NCBI GenBank assembly: GCA_963677435.1
Contig: OY781945.1
Location: forward strand, 928,001-992,000
Origin: an uncultured Aliarcobacter sp.
Lineage (GTDB): Bacteria; Campylobacterota; Campylobacteria; Campylobacterales; Arcobacteraceae
DNA length: 64,000 bases
Direction: 5' to 3'
Shown: positions 35,030 through 49,273 of the stretch, in pieces
Numbering within the stretch: position 1 is the first letter of the stretch
How the letters are laid out: each line of letters starts with the position of its first letter
Program-made: the position numbers and the translations under genes
The notes under the pieces: model-generated
Told to the model about the DNA's origin: nothing
Seen by the model: only the letters and a program-made list of their open reading frames with translations
Databases searched by the model: none

Positions 35030-35055
35030 AATAAGTGAGAATTTTCTCACTTATT
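35030..35055. terminator. Hairpin or terminator after hemE
   Basis: Perfect inverted repeat AATAAGTGAGAA-TT-TTCTCACTTATT. Confidence 0.55.
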
Positions 35056-35075
35056 ACTATCAGAAAGAAAAAATC

Positions 35076-35999
35076 ATGTCATATTCAAATTCTATTATTT
35101 TTGGACCAATTCCCTCACGAAGATTTGGTATATCTTTAGGTGTTGATTTATCACCAGGAAAAAAACAGTGTAATTTTGATTGTTTATATTGTGAATTAGA
35201 AGGCGCTAAAACAGTTGATAAAATGGATGAATATCCAAGTGTTGAAAATATTATTAACGAAATTAAAAATAGTTTTGAAACACATCCTAAAATAGATCTT
35301 ATAACACTAACAGCAAATGGTGAACCAACTTTATATCCCAAATTAGATGAATTGATAAATGAAATCAATAAAATCAAAGCAAATACAAAAACTCTGATTT
35401 TATCAAATGGAAGTACAATATATAAAAAAGAGATTTATGATGCTCTTTTAAAAATCGATATTGTAAAACTATCACTTGATTGTATAAGTGAAAAATGTTT
35501 CAAAAAACTTGATAGAGTAAACAGTAGTGTTGAAACACAAAAAATTGTTCCAGCGATGATAGATTTTTCAAAACAAACAAAAAATGATTTAGTACTAGAG
35601 ATTTTATTTGTAAAAGATTTAAATGACAAAATAGAAGAGATAGCCCTGCTTAATGAAGCGATAAATCAAATTAAGCCTAAAAGAGTAGATATAGGTACAA
35701 TCGACAGACCACCAGCTTATGAGGTGAAACCTGTAACTTATGAATTCTTAGAAAAAGTTGCTAGTGAGTTTAAAAATATTAATGTAAATATTGTTTATAA
35801 AAATAGACCAAAATCTATACAAACATACTCAGAAGATGAAATAATCATGATGCTAAAAAGAAGACCATTAACGGTTGAAGATATAGAAAATATGTTTGAT
35901 AATCAATCAAAAATGACTCTAAATGACTTAATTAAAAGCAAGATAATAACTATTGTAAATAGCAGTGGAGTAGAATTTTATAAAAATTTACAGAAATAG
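35076..35999 (+). CDS. Radical SAM protein of unknown function
   Basis: FGPIPSRRFGISLG, CNFDCLYC (CX3CX2C) and GEPTL motifs. Confidence 0.9.
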   Translation: MSYSNSIIFGPIPSRRFGISLGVDLSPGKKQCNFDCLYCELEGAKTVDKMDEYPSVENIINEIKNSFETHPKIDLITLTANGEPTLYPKLDELINEINKIKANTKTLILSNGSTIYKKEIYDALLKIDIVKLSLDCISEKCFKKLDRVNSSVETQKIVPAMIDFSKQTKNDLVLEILFVKDLNDKIEEIALLNEAINQIKPKRVDIGTIDRPPAYEVKPVTYEFLEKVASEFKNINVNIVYKNRPKSIQTYSEDEIIMMLKRRPLTVEDIENMFDNQSKMTLNDLIKSKIITIVNSSGVEFYKNLQK

Positions 36000-36009
36000 T
36001 TTTTCTGAC

Positions 36010-36038
36010 TTGACATTAAAGTATTTTTTTACTATAAT
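36010..36038 (+). promoter_or_regulatory. Sigma70 promoter of the tRNA-Asn cluster
   Basis: TTGACA (36010-36015), 17 bp, TATAAT (36033-36038). Confidence 0.85.
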
Positions 36039-36065
36039 TCCAACCCATTAAAGATGAAGTCAAAA

Positions 36066-36140
36066 TCCGGCATAGCTCAGCGGTAGAGTAGATGACTGTT
36101 AATCATTTGGTCCCAGGTTCGAATCCTGGTGCCGGAGCCA
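36066..36140 (+). tRNA. tRNA-Asn(GTT) copy 1
   Basis: Cloverleaf, anticodon loop CT-GTT-AA, GGTTCGAATCC T arm, CCA end. Confidence 0.97.
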
Positions 36141-36172
36141 TAACTTCTTTTTTAATGTTTAAATTTATAGAT

Positions 36173-36247
36173 TCCGGCATAGCTCAGCGGTAGAGTAGAT
36201 GACTGTTAATCATTTGGTCCCAGGTTCGAATCCTGGTGCCGGAGCCA
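36173..36247 (+). tRNA. tRNA-Asn(GTT) copy 2
   Basis: Identical to copy 1. Confidence 0.97.
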
Positions 36248-36282
36248 TTTATAAATTTTCAAAAAATAAAACCTTTTTAAGT

Positions 36283-36357
36283 TCCGGCATAGCTCAGCGG
36301 TAGAGTAGATGACTGTTAATCATTTGGTCCCAGGTTCGAATCCTGGTGCCGGAGCCA
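36283..36357 (+). tRNA. tRNA-Asn(GTT) copy 3
   Basis: Identical to copy 1. Confidence 0.97.
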
Positions 36358-36601
36358 CTTACCTTTTTTATCAAAATCAAAAATTAAATTACTAAAAAAA
36401 CTTTTTAAAAAATCCCGTTTCAAACTAAAAAATATGCTACTCATTACTGGACGGTAACTTCCATAATATTTTTTCAATTTTCATTGAACTATTTTTTTAG
36501 ATTTTATTGAGGAAAACTATATTGATAGTTCTAATGATGTATTTTAAAATTCTAACAGTTTTAGATATACTCATTTTAATAATTAAAATCTTGAGAGTTA
36601 T

Positions 36602-37777
36602 ATGATATATGAATATAAATTTATTGATTATACTGTTATTGGAATGCCAACTATTGAGGTATATGGAGAAAATTTTCATTATCAAAATTTATATGAATTA
36701 GTTGGAAAAAATCAATATATGACTACTTTTGATTTAAAAAATAATACCAAATCATTTGAAAATTATGGTAATTCAATAGTAGGTGTTATTTATTATGATA
36801 AAAAAAGTTTAGATAATTTAGAAATGTATTTGAATTTATCAAAAGAAATAATTGAAGATAAAATCTGCATTAAATCTCCTTCTTCTCAAAATATCTCTAT
36901 TGAAAAAAATAAAATGCTAAAGTATCAAGGAATAGATATAAGGGATATCAGTAAAATATCTTTTTTGGTTTATTTAAAAGAAATAGAAATATATGAAACA
37001 GGTGAAAAGAAAGTTCCAAATATTATAGAAATAGAAACTGATTTAAGTAATATTGACGTTGATGTTCTACTTCAAAATTACTTGATTATGAAGTACAATC
37101 GAGGTACAAAGTTAATACAGTATGAAAAAGAACAATTAATTGGAATAACTTTAGCTTTTAATGATGGAATAATTGATTCACGTATATTAAAAGAATTTGG
37201 CTTCTCAAAAGATAGTATAGAAAATAATGTAAATATGTTGAGGAGTTATTATAAAGTTAAAGCGAATCGTAATCTTTTAACAGAAATAGATAAAAAGTAT
37301 TATTTGGAAATTAAAGATATTATTTATTTAGAAAAACTTACAAAATTTATAAAAGAATTAGAGAAAGCTAAAATTGCTAAATATTCAGATCAAATTAATA
37401 ATCCAATATTTTCTGAAATATTTAGTGCTATAGAAACTTTTGATTTTTCAATTTTAATGCATAGTAAAAGGCAAATTTATTGGGATGTTGATTCATATAT
37501 TCATATTCTATTGAGACATATGAAAGATTATCAAGTTGGAATTTTTAAAGATAAAACACCATTCCCCTATAAAGAAAAAGATTTAAAATTATTGATTGAA
37601 CAAGTCTTGAGTAGTATACGAAAAGAAATTGAACATCACTTTCAGAATACAAATAAAATTTTTACAAGACATGGGAAAATGGCAGTTTTTTATAATGGAG
37701 ACCCTTATCATCTGAGGATTAATGAGGAAGGGAAATTAATTCAGTTTCATATGGTAGATAATCAAATACATATTTAA
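36602..37777 (+). CDS. Hypothetical protein (391 aa), possible C-terminal BECR-like nuclease domain
   Basis: Long open frame with GAGAG SD; C-terminal HILLRH...PFP...LLIEQVL...RINEEGKLIQFH pattern. Confidence 0.75.
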   Translation: MIYEYKFIDYTVIGMPTIEVYGENFHYQNLYELVGKNQYMTTFDLKNNTKSFENYGNSIVGVIYYDKKSLDNLEMYLNLSKEIIEDKICIKSPSSQNISIEKNKMLKYQGIDIRDISKISFLVYLKEIEIYETGEKKVPNIIEIETDLSNIDVDVLLQNYLIMKYNRGTKLIQYEKEQLIGITLAFNDGIIDSRILKEFGFSKDSIENNVNMLRSYYKVKANRNLLTEIDKKYYLEIKDIIYLEKLTKFIKELEKAKIAKYSDQINNPIFSEIFSAIETFDFSILMHSKRQIYWDVDSYIHILLRHMKDYQVGIFKDKTPFPYKEKDLKLLIEQVLSSIRKEIEHHFQNTNKIFTRHGKMAVFYNGDPYHLRINEEGKLIQFHMVDNQIHI

Positions 37778-37896
37778 TCAATTATTCCTAGTTTTATTCT
37801 TTTGCCAAACTGAAAATAAGAATTGTATTTTGTCTGATAGACTAGTTTTATTTTATGAAGATGGAAAAGAAGTCTTTTTTAGTTGGAATTTTACAA

Positions 37897-37917
37897 AGAC
37901 TATTATTAAATAGTCTT
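37897..37917. terminator. Hairpin between the convergent orphan ORF and glnS
   Basis: AAAGACTATT-ATT-AAATAGTCTTT-like inverted repeat just past the glnS stop. Confidence 0.5.
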
Positions 37918-37930
37918 TGATATTAATGTG

Positions 37931-40198
37931 TTATTTCAACTTCTCAGCCACAAGTTCATTAACAACTTGTGGATTAGCTTTTCCACCAGTAGCCTTTAAA
38001 ACTTGTCCTACAAAAAAGCCTAACAGTTTTGTATTGCCTGCTTTGAATTTTTCTACATTGTCTGGGTTTTTTGAAATGATTTCATCAATAATAGGTAAAA
38101 TAATGCTTGGGTCACTTATTTGAACTAAACCTTTATCTTCAACAATTTTTGAAGGATTTACTCCTGTTTGACTCATCTCTTCAAATATTTGTTTTGCAAT
38201 TTTATTTGAAATGATTTCATCATCTACCATTTTGATAAGTTCAGCTATTTGAGATGCAGTAAATTTTAGCTCGTTTGCTTGTTTTTCTTTTAGCTCTTTT
38301 GCAACTTCATTTGCTACAATATTTGCAATTGAAATAGGGCTATTAAGATTTGCTAATGCTTCTTCATAAAATGATGAAAGTTTTACATCCCTTGCAAGAA
38401 TATTTGCCACTTCACTATTTAGATTAAGTTCATTTGTATACTTATCAAATAATCCTTTTTGCTCTTCACTCATAGGTGTAACTTCACCAATAATTTGTAA
38501 ATTTTTAGTCTCTTGTTTAGGTGTTACTTCAGTTTTAGCTATATTTTCAACTACTTTTGTTTTTTTAGCCCAAGAGTCTTTTAATCCTACGATTTTATTA
38601 AATACTGGTTTTTCATCTGTATAATCAATTGGGTCTGCATAAAAATACCCTTGTCTTTCAAATTGGAATCTAACATCTGCTTTGTCAGTAATAACAGCTG
38701 GCTCAACAAGTGCATTTTTAATAATATGTAATGAATCAGGGTTTAAATCTTCTAGTCCATCAGGAGCTTCGCAAGAATATAATCTATCATATAGTCTTAC
38801 TTCGATTTCTTTTGCTTGAGCTGCATCAACCCATTGGATTGCACTTTTAACTTTTATTCCACTTGTATCTGAACCACTTTTTGAAGTAGGGTTATATTCT
38901 GCTTTTATCTCAACAATATTTCCATTTGCATCTTTTATTATCTCTTTACAAGTGATGATATATGCATGTCTTAAACGCACTGGTTGTTCAAGTGTTAGAC
39001 GATTGTAATCTTTTGGAGGATTTTTTTCAAAATCTTCTCTTTCAATGTAAATTACTTTTGAAAAAGGTATTTTTCTTGAACCCTCTTTGGGAACATCATG
39101 AGGATAATATGAAGCTTCAATCTCTTCACTTCCTTCATAATTTTCAATAGTTACTTTAAGTGGCTCAAGTACACACATAACTCTTGGAACTTTTGTATTT
39201 AAATCATCTCTGATACAAAATTCAAGTTGAGAAACATCAACCATCGAGTTTGCTTTTGCAATTCCAATTTGGTCACAGAAGTTTAAAATAGATTCAGGAG
39301 TATAACCTCTTCTTTTATATCCTGCAATTGTTGGAAGTCGTGGATCGTCCCAACCATTTACATAGTTACCGTTTACAAGTTCTAAAAGTTTTCTTTTACT
39401 CATAACCGTATAGTTTATACCTAATCTTGCAAATTCGTGTTGATAAGGTCTTGGAGGAACAAGATTTAGTGTATCTAATACCCAATCATAAATATCTCTA
39501 TTATTTTCAAATTCTAGTGTACAAATAGAGTGAGAAACTCCCTCAATATAATCAGATAAACAATGAGCAAAGTCATACATAGGATAAATACACCATTCAT
39601 CACCTGTTCTAAAATGGTGTGCATGTCTAATTCTATATAAAAGAGGATCTCTCATTTTCATATTCGCTGCACTCATATCTATTTTAGCTCTTAGAATATG
39701 TTCACCTTCTTTGAATTCACCTTTTTTCATTCGCTCAAGTAAATTAAGGTTTTCTTCAATAGAACGCTGGGCATAAATACTTCTACGACCAGCTTCATTT
39801 ATAGTTCCTCTGTATTCTCTTATCTCTTCTTCATTAAGACTATCAACATAAGCTTTACCCATTTTAACAAGTTCAACAGCATAATCATATATTTTAGGAA
39901 AATAATCAGAAGTGAAATATACATTGTCATTCCAGTCAAAGCCAAGCCATTTTACAGCATCTTTAAGAGCTTCAACATATTTTGTATCTTCAGTAGTTGG
40001 ATTAGTATCATCCATTCTAAGATTACAATAACCACTATAATCACGAGCAATACCAAAATTTATGCAGATCGATTTTGCATGTCCTATGTGTGGGAATCCA
40101 TTTGGTTCTGGAGGAAATCTTGTAATAACTTCTTTATATTTGCCAGACTTTAAGTCCTCGTCAACTGTTGTACGTAAAAAATCTTTGTGCTCACTCAT
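37931..40198 (-). CDS. glnS: Glutamine--tRNA ligase with C-terminal YqeY/GatB-C domain
   Basis: TRFPPEPNG.PHIGH, DDTNP, VMSKR, FQFERQGYF, then LLGFFVGQVLKATGGKANP (YqeY); start at ATG 40198. Confidence 0.95.
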   Translation of the reverse strand: MSEHKDFLRTTVDEDLKSGKYKEVITRFPPEPNGFPHIGHAKSICINFGIARDYSGYCNLRMDDTNPTTEDTKYVEALKDAVKWLGFDWNDNVYFTSDYFPKIYDYAVELVKMGKAYVDSLNEEEIREYRGTINEAGRRSIYAQRSIEENLNLLERMKKGEFKEGEHILRAKIDMSAANMKMRDPLLYRIRHAHHFRTGDEWCIYPMYDFAHCLSDYIEGVSHSICTLEFENNRDIYDWVLDTLNLVPPRPYQHEFARLGINYTVMSKRKLLELVNGNYVNGWDDPRLPTIAGYKRRGYTPESILNFCDQIGIAKANSMVDVSQLEFCIRDDLNTKVPRVMCVLEPLKVTIENYEGSEEIEASYYPHDVPKEGSRKIPFSKVIYIEREDFEKNPPKDYNRLTLEQPVRLRHAYIITCKEIIKDANGNIVEIKAEYNPTSKSGSDTSGIKVKSAIQWVDAAQAKEIEVRLYDRLYSCEAPDGLEDLNPDSLHIIKNALVEPAVITDKADVRFQFERQGYFYADPIDYTDEKPVFNKIVGLKDSWAKKTKVVENIAKTEVTPKQETKNLQIIGEVTPMSEEQKGLFDKYTNELNLNSEVANILARDVKLSSFYEEALANLNSPISIANIVANEVAKELKEKQANELKFTASQIAELIKMVDDEIISNKIAKQIFEEMSQTGVNPSKIVEDKGLVQISDPSIILPIIDEIISKNPDNVEKFKAGNTKLLGFFVGQVLKATGGKANPQVVNELVAEKLK

Positions 40199-40456
40199 TA
40201 TTATTAAACCTTTGATTGTGAAACTATTATTAGACTTGTATTTTATCAAATAAGTGCTTTAAGTTTAAAGACTCTTTATATGTAGTTAAATATAGTATAG
40301 AGTCATTAATGCATCTATCTTAAACAAAATAATAATAAAAAACCAGAAAAAGATAATAAGTAACAATATGTGATTGCAAAAACACAATATAAGTATAGTA
40401 AAAAAGAAAGAATAGGATAAAAAGAGTATAAATTTAGAAATTTAGGAGAAAAGCTC

Positions 40457-40485
40457 TTGACAAAGAGGAAAGAATCTATTATAAT
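40457..40485 (+). promoter_or_regulatory. rRNA operon sigma70 promoter
   Basis: TTGACA (40457-40462), 17 bp, TATAAT (40480-40485), followed by a GC-rich discriminator; boxA-like TGATCTTTAAAA near 40553. Confidence 0.85.
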
Positions 40486-40776
40486 TCCCGTCCAATTTGA
40501 CTGAAGCGCATCAAACGAAAGAATGATAGGAAGCGTTGAAATCGAAGGTGGATGATCTTTAAAAATAATTATAACGTTTGTAAAGTAATCTTTATAAACC
40601 GAATATGAGACTCTTATAAAAATCTGTTATTTATTACAGATGTAAAATAAGAATAAATGTTAAAAATATAAAAACAAACAAGAACAATATGGTAAAACAT
40701 ATAACTTGTCTATACTATGAGTGATAATTTTGTAATAGTAAAATAATACAGAATAAGTCAAGTTCAAAAACTTCAA

Positions 40777-42294
<1,518 letters not shown>

Positions 42295-42389
42295 AGAGAA
42301 TTGAGACTAGATTCGTTTCTAGTTTCAAAACTAAAAAGAAAGAGTTTTTATATTCGGTTTATAAAGATTATTTAAATAGGTAGAAAAAT

Positions 42390-42466
42390 GGGCCTATAGC
42401 TCAGCTGGCTAGAGCGCTCGACTGATAATCGTGAGGTCCCAGGTTCAAGTCCTGGTAGGCCCACCA
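42390..42466 (+). tRNA. tRNA-Ile(GAT)
   Basis: Spacer tRNA, CT-GAT-AA loop, CCA end. Confidence 0.97.
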
Positions 42467-42533
42467 TTAAATAATCTATAAAGATTAATCATCGGGTCCT
42501 AAAAAAATGCAATTTTTTTGGGTAGATCAGTGT

Positions 42534-42609
42534 GGGGAATTAGCTCAGCTGGGAGAGCGCCTGCTTTGCACGCAGGAGGTCAGCGGTTCGATCCCGCTAT
42601 TCTCCACCA
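42534..42609 (+). tRNA. tRNA-Ala(TGC)
   Basis: Spacer tRNA, TT-TGC-AC loop, CCA end. Confidence 0.97.
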
Positions 42610-42955
42610 CCTATTAAAAATAAGCTAAAATTTATAATTAGAAGAAATGATAAACAAGATTAAATATAAGTTCAAAAAGAATTGAATTTATATTTGATTT
42701 TCGAATCAAAATGATATTTAAAAATATAATGTTAAAGTCTTTAATTTTTTCGTTTAATTAAAAGAACTAAAAGAATTTATTCTAATAGAACTAATAATTA
42801 AAAACAAAAATTTTAATTATCTAGAAATAGATAGAACACAACTTTTTTATAAGATATATAGAGTTAGTTAATTAGATTTAATTAATAAAGTATGTTTAAT
42901 AAGATAGTAGCCAAAGAATATTATCAAAAATGCGACAGAATTTAATTCTGTTTAT

Positions 42956-45866
<2,911 letters not shown>

Positions 45867-46044
45867 TAACAAATTCTTTGGTTTACTATCTTATTAAATA
45901 TATTGATTATATGTTTAATATAAATGTGTGATTTTTAGAAAGAACAAAAAGACTTTAACATTATTTTTTTCTTAACTCCTAAACGAGTTGAGTGTAAAGT
46001 GTATTTACATATTTATTTATGTTTTTACTTTTTACACTCAACTT

Positions 46045-46160
46045 TGCTGGTGGCTATAGAGAAGTGGAAATACCCAGTCCCATTCCGAACCTGGAAGTCA
46101 AGCACTTCATCGCCGATAATACTGCCGGGTCCCCTGGTGGAAACGTAGGCCGCTGCCAGC
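46045..46160 (+). rRNA. rrf: 5S rRNA
   Basis: GCTGGTGGC...CCCATTCCGAAC...GCTGCCAGC, about 116 nt. Confidence 0.97.
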
Positions 46161-46177
46161 TCTTGAGTTTTTTACAC

Positions 46178-46229
46178 AAGCTTTTAACTATTCGAACTTC
46201 TTGTTCCTCTAGTTAAAAGCTTTTTTTTT
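46178..46229 (+). terminator. rRNA operon terminator
   Basis: 13-bp stem AAGCTTTTAACTA/TAGTTAAAAGCTT running into a T tract. Confidence 0.75.
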
Positions 46230-46366
46230 AGCCCGCTTTTTAGCCAAAATATGTTTTACTTATTGCATTTGTATTTAGTTTCTTTTTCTGGCTATAATTG
46301 ATTTACTTGGCTTTTATCCTTTTATATTAACTATATCTCTTAGTTAGCCAATACATTATTCTTTTT

Positions 46367-46442
46367 GCTTGCATAGCTCCAACGGTAGAGCAATTCCATG
46401 GTAAGGAAGAGGTTACAGGTTCGATTCCTGTTGTGAGCTCCA
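46367..46442 (+). tRNA. tRNA-Thr(GGT), atypical
   Basis: 76-nt cloverleaf, AT-GGT-AA loop, GGTTCGATTCC, CCA; C at position 14 and A27-G43 mismatch. Confidence 0.8.
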
Positions 46443-46603
46443 CGTCTTTGTTCTTTTATATCTTTATTCACTTTAATCTTATTTTTCCTCTTTTTTACAG
46501 TAATTTTAGTACTTTTCAAATTATTTTTTATTTTGTTTTTGTATGCAATTTATTTGTAATTAAATCGATTTATAATATCAGACTTATTATAACAAGGAAA
46601 AAA

Positions 46604-46759
46604 ATGGAAAGTGTTTTAAATTATATTCATGACAAAATAGATAGTTATGAAGTTTATATTATTAAAGATGAATTTGATGATAGAAAATCTTATATTATGG
46701 AAAATGGTTTTATTTTAGGGGTTCAAATTAATACTGGTAGTATGTTTAAATCGAATTAA
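46604..46759 (+). CDS. Small hypothetical protein (51 aa)
   Basis: TATAAT at 46571, SD AAGGA, ATG 46604 and a downstream hairpin; this is the 3' half of the track ORF 46433-46759. Confidence 0.6.
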   Translation: MESVLNYIHDKIDSYEVYIIKDEFDDRKSYIMENGFILGVQINTGSMFKSN

Positions 46760-46760
46760 T

Positions 46761-46795
46761 AAAAAAAGGAAGATATTTTATCTCCCTATTTTTTT
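46761..46795. terminator. Bidirectional terminator between the small ORF and feoB
   Basis: A tract, imperfect GGAAGATA/TATCTCCC stem, T tract. Confidence 0.55.
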
Positions 46796-46805
46796 AATCT
46801 TTTTT

Positions 46806-48911
46806 TTAGATAGTTAGTAGTCTAGTTACATTATATGCGATGAATGATAGAATCCATGCACTACTTGTTGTAAAGATGAATAAATAAGCTAGATACTTCC
46901 AATTACCTGCTTCTCTAACAAATACCATTGATGCTGCTAAACAAGGTAAATAAATCATTACAAAAACAATAAATGATATAGCTGATGCAAAAGGGATATT
47001 TGTTTTTATCTTCTCTATTAAACTTGCAGATGATTCATCATTATCACTTCCTAAACCGTATAAGATAGATAATGTAGAGACAACAATCTCTTTTGCCGCT
47101 AAACCTGTTTCAAGAGCAATTGTCATTTTCCAGTCAAAACCTAAAGGCTCAAAAAATCCTTCAGATGCTTTACCTATATATCCTAAATAAGAGTGTTCAA
47201 GATTATATTGAGCTAAATCATTTTTAAGAGCATTTATTTCATCATTATCTTTTGCTAATTCAATTTTATTATTATAAGATGTTTCTATATCTAAATGTTT
47301 AGGATAGTTACTTGCAAACCAAATTAATAAAGAAGCTGCTAATATATATGTTCCTGCTTTTTTCAAATACATTTTTGCTTGATTTGATACTGTATGCCAG
47401 ATTAATCTAAATGATGGAAGTCTATATTTTGGCATTTCCATTACAAAAGGTTCATCTTCACTTTTAAATACAACTATTTTTAATATTTTAGCTGCAAATA
47501 GACCAAAAATTGCACCACTTATATATATAATGAATAAAATATTACCAGCATTATGTTCACTAAAAAAAGCACCAACAAAAAGTACATATATTGGTAATCT
47601 AGCTCCACAAGACATAAATCCAATTATAAAAAGAGTTAATAATCTATCTTTTTCGTTTTTTAATGTTCTTGCTGCCATGTATGCTGGAACTGAACATCCA
47701 AAACCTGTTACTAATGGAATAAATGATTTTCCATGTAATCCAAATTTATGAAAAAAACCATCTAATAAAAATGCAACTCTACTCATATATCCTGTTGTTT
47801 CTAAAAGAGCAATTCCAAAAAATAGAATAACAATATTTGGCAAAAATAAAACTACAGAACCAACTCCAGCAATTGCACCATCTGCAATAATAGATGAAAT
47901 TTGATTATCACCCATAAGTTCTTTTGTTTTGTCAATTATCATGGCAAAAAATGAATCTATCATATCCATTGGAATATTTCCAAGTACAAAAGTTAATTGA
48001 AATAAGCCCCACATAAAAAAAAGAAAAATTGGTAATCCGAAAAACTTATGTATAAGTATTGAATCAAATTTTTCTGTTAACGTTTTTTCAATAACTTTAT
48101 TTTGTTTAACAGTTTCAACTGCAGCACCTTTTGCAAAAGCAAATTTTTCTTCATTAAAAATATCTTGTATATTTTTTGTATTAAAATGAATAAATAAATG
48201 CTCAAATGCTTCACTTAAAATTGGTTGAATTTTAATCCAAATCGGCTCATCTCTAAATTGTTTATAAATATTTTTGTCTTCTTTTAATAAATTAATAGCA
48301 ATACTTCTATATGTTTGTTTTGAAGGGAAATTATTTTCTTGTAAGATTTTTGAAATATTTTCTATCTCTTCTTCTATTGGATTAGAGAAAAATAGTTTGT
48401 TTGGAAGTTTGTTACTTTCGAACTTATATAAAATTTCATCCAGTAATTCTGTAATTCCTACTTTTTTTGCTGCACTTGTTTTTATACAAGGTTTTCCAAG
48501 AATTTTACTTAATTGTATTTCATCAATTGTGATTGATTCTTTTTCTGCTTCATCGCTCATATTTAATGCAATTATCATTTTCTTGTCAATTGTTAATAAT
48601 TCTGATGTCAAAAGAAGATTTCTTTGTAAGTTAGTTGAATCAACAACATTTAATATGATGTCATACTCTTCATTATTTAAAAAATCTTTTGTAACTTTTT
48701 CTTCGATTGTATAATCATTTAAAGAATATGCACCTGGTAAGTCAACTATTTCAATATGAAAATCTTTATAATCAATAAATACTTCTTCTTTTGTTACTGT
48801 TACACCTGAAAAATTTCCAACTTTTAATCTTGCATTTGAGATAGAATTAATAAGCATTGATTTACCAACATTTGGCTGTCCTACTAAAGCAATTTTTATA
48901 TTATTTTTCAT
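46806..48911 (-). CDS. feoB: Ferrous iron transport protein B
   Basis: GQPNVGKS, VGNFSGVTV, DLPGAYSL, GFGCSVPA and FVMEMPKY motifs. Confidence 0.97.
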   Translation of the reverse strand: MKNNIKIALVGQPNVGKSMLINSISNARLKVGNFSGVTVTKEEVFIDYKDFHIEIVDLPGAYSLNDYTIEEKVTKDFLNNEEYDIILNVVDSTNLQRNLLLTSELLTIDKKMIIALNMSDEAEKESITIDEIQLSKILGKPCIKTSAAKKVGITELLDEILYKFESNKLPNKLFFSNPIEEEIENISKILQENNFPSKQTYRSIAINLLKEDKNIYKQFRDEPIWIKIQPILSEAFEHLFIHFNTKNIQDIFNEEKFAFAKGAAVETVKQNKVIEKTLTEKFDSILIHKFFGLPIFLFFMWGLFQLTFVLGNIPMDMIDSFFAMIIDKTKELMGDNQISSIIADGAIAGVGSVVLFLPNIVILFFGIALLETTGYMSRVAFLLDGFFHKFGLHGKSFIPLVTGFGCSVPAYMAARTLKNEKDRLLTLFIIGFMSCGARLPIYVLFVGAFFSEHNAGNILFIIYISGAIFGLFAAKILKIVVFKSEDEPFVMEMPKYRLPSFRLIWHTVSNQAKMYLKKAGTYILAASLLIWFASNYPKHLDIETSYNNKIELAKDNDEINALKNDLAQYNLEHSYLGYIGKASEGFFEPLGFDWKMTIALETGLAAKEIVVSTLSILYGLGSDNDESSASLIEKIKTNIPFASAISFIVFVMIYLPCLAASMVFVREAGNWKYLAYLFIFTTSSAWILSFIAYNVTRLLTI

Positions 48912-49128
48912 ATGCTACTTCTATTTTTGATGCTTCACTTAATCTTAAAGCAATTTTAGATTGATTGATTTTTATTTCAATGGTACTTTTTGAAAGTGTT
49001 AATTCTACTATTTGCACTTCAACTCCTCTACTAATTCCAAAAGAGTATAGTCTGCTTTTTAATATTTCATTACAATTAATTGCTGTAATAATCGCTTTTT
49101 CGTTTATGTTTAGTTGGTTTAATGTCAT
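48901..49128 (-). CDS. feoA: Ferrous iron transport protein A
   Basis: RLYSFGI..G and KIALRLSEA; overlaps the feoB start. Confidence 0.93.
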   Translation of the reverse strand: MTLNQLNINEKAIITAINCNEILKSRLYSFGISRGVEVQIVELTLSKSTIEIKINQSKIALRLSEASKIEVAYEK

Positions 49129-49146
49129 ACATAGCCTCGCTAAGAT

Positions 49147-49161
49147 TAATAATGATTATTA
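49147..49161. promoter_or_regulatory. Fur box between divergent feoAB and fur
   Basis: Perfect 7-1-7 palindrome TAATAAT-G-ATTATTA, 12/14 match to TGATAATnATTATCA. Confidence 0.75.
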
Positions 49162-49273
49162 TAATATAATAAAACTTTCTTATCATTTAGATATGAAAAA
49201 GAAACAATATTTGTAATTTTTTGTTAACTTTAGATATACTAATTTGCTATAAAATTTTTAAGGGTGAATTTTA

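Noticed and set aside
36066..36357. CRISPR-like repeat-spacer pattern
   Set aside because: The repeats are complete 75-nt tRNA-Asn genes, and there are no cas genes.
36358..37930. Integrative element with att repeats at tRNA-Asn
   Set aside because: No integrase and no duplicated tRNA 3' end found downstream of the orphan ORF.
42498..42522. CCTAAAAAAAT-GCA-ATTTTTTTGGG palindrome in the rRNA spacer
   Set aside because: Single copy in the window; hairpins are ordinary in rRNA spacers.
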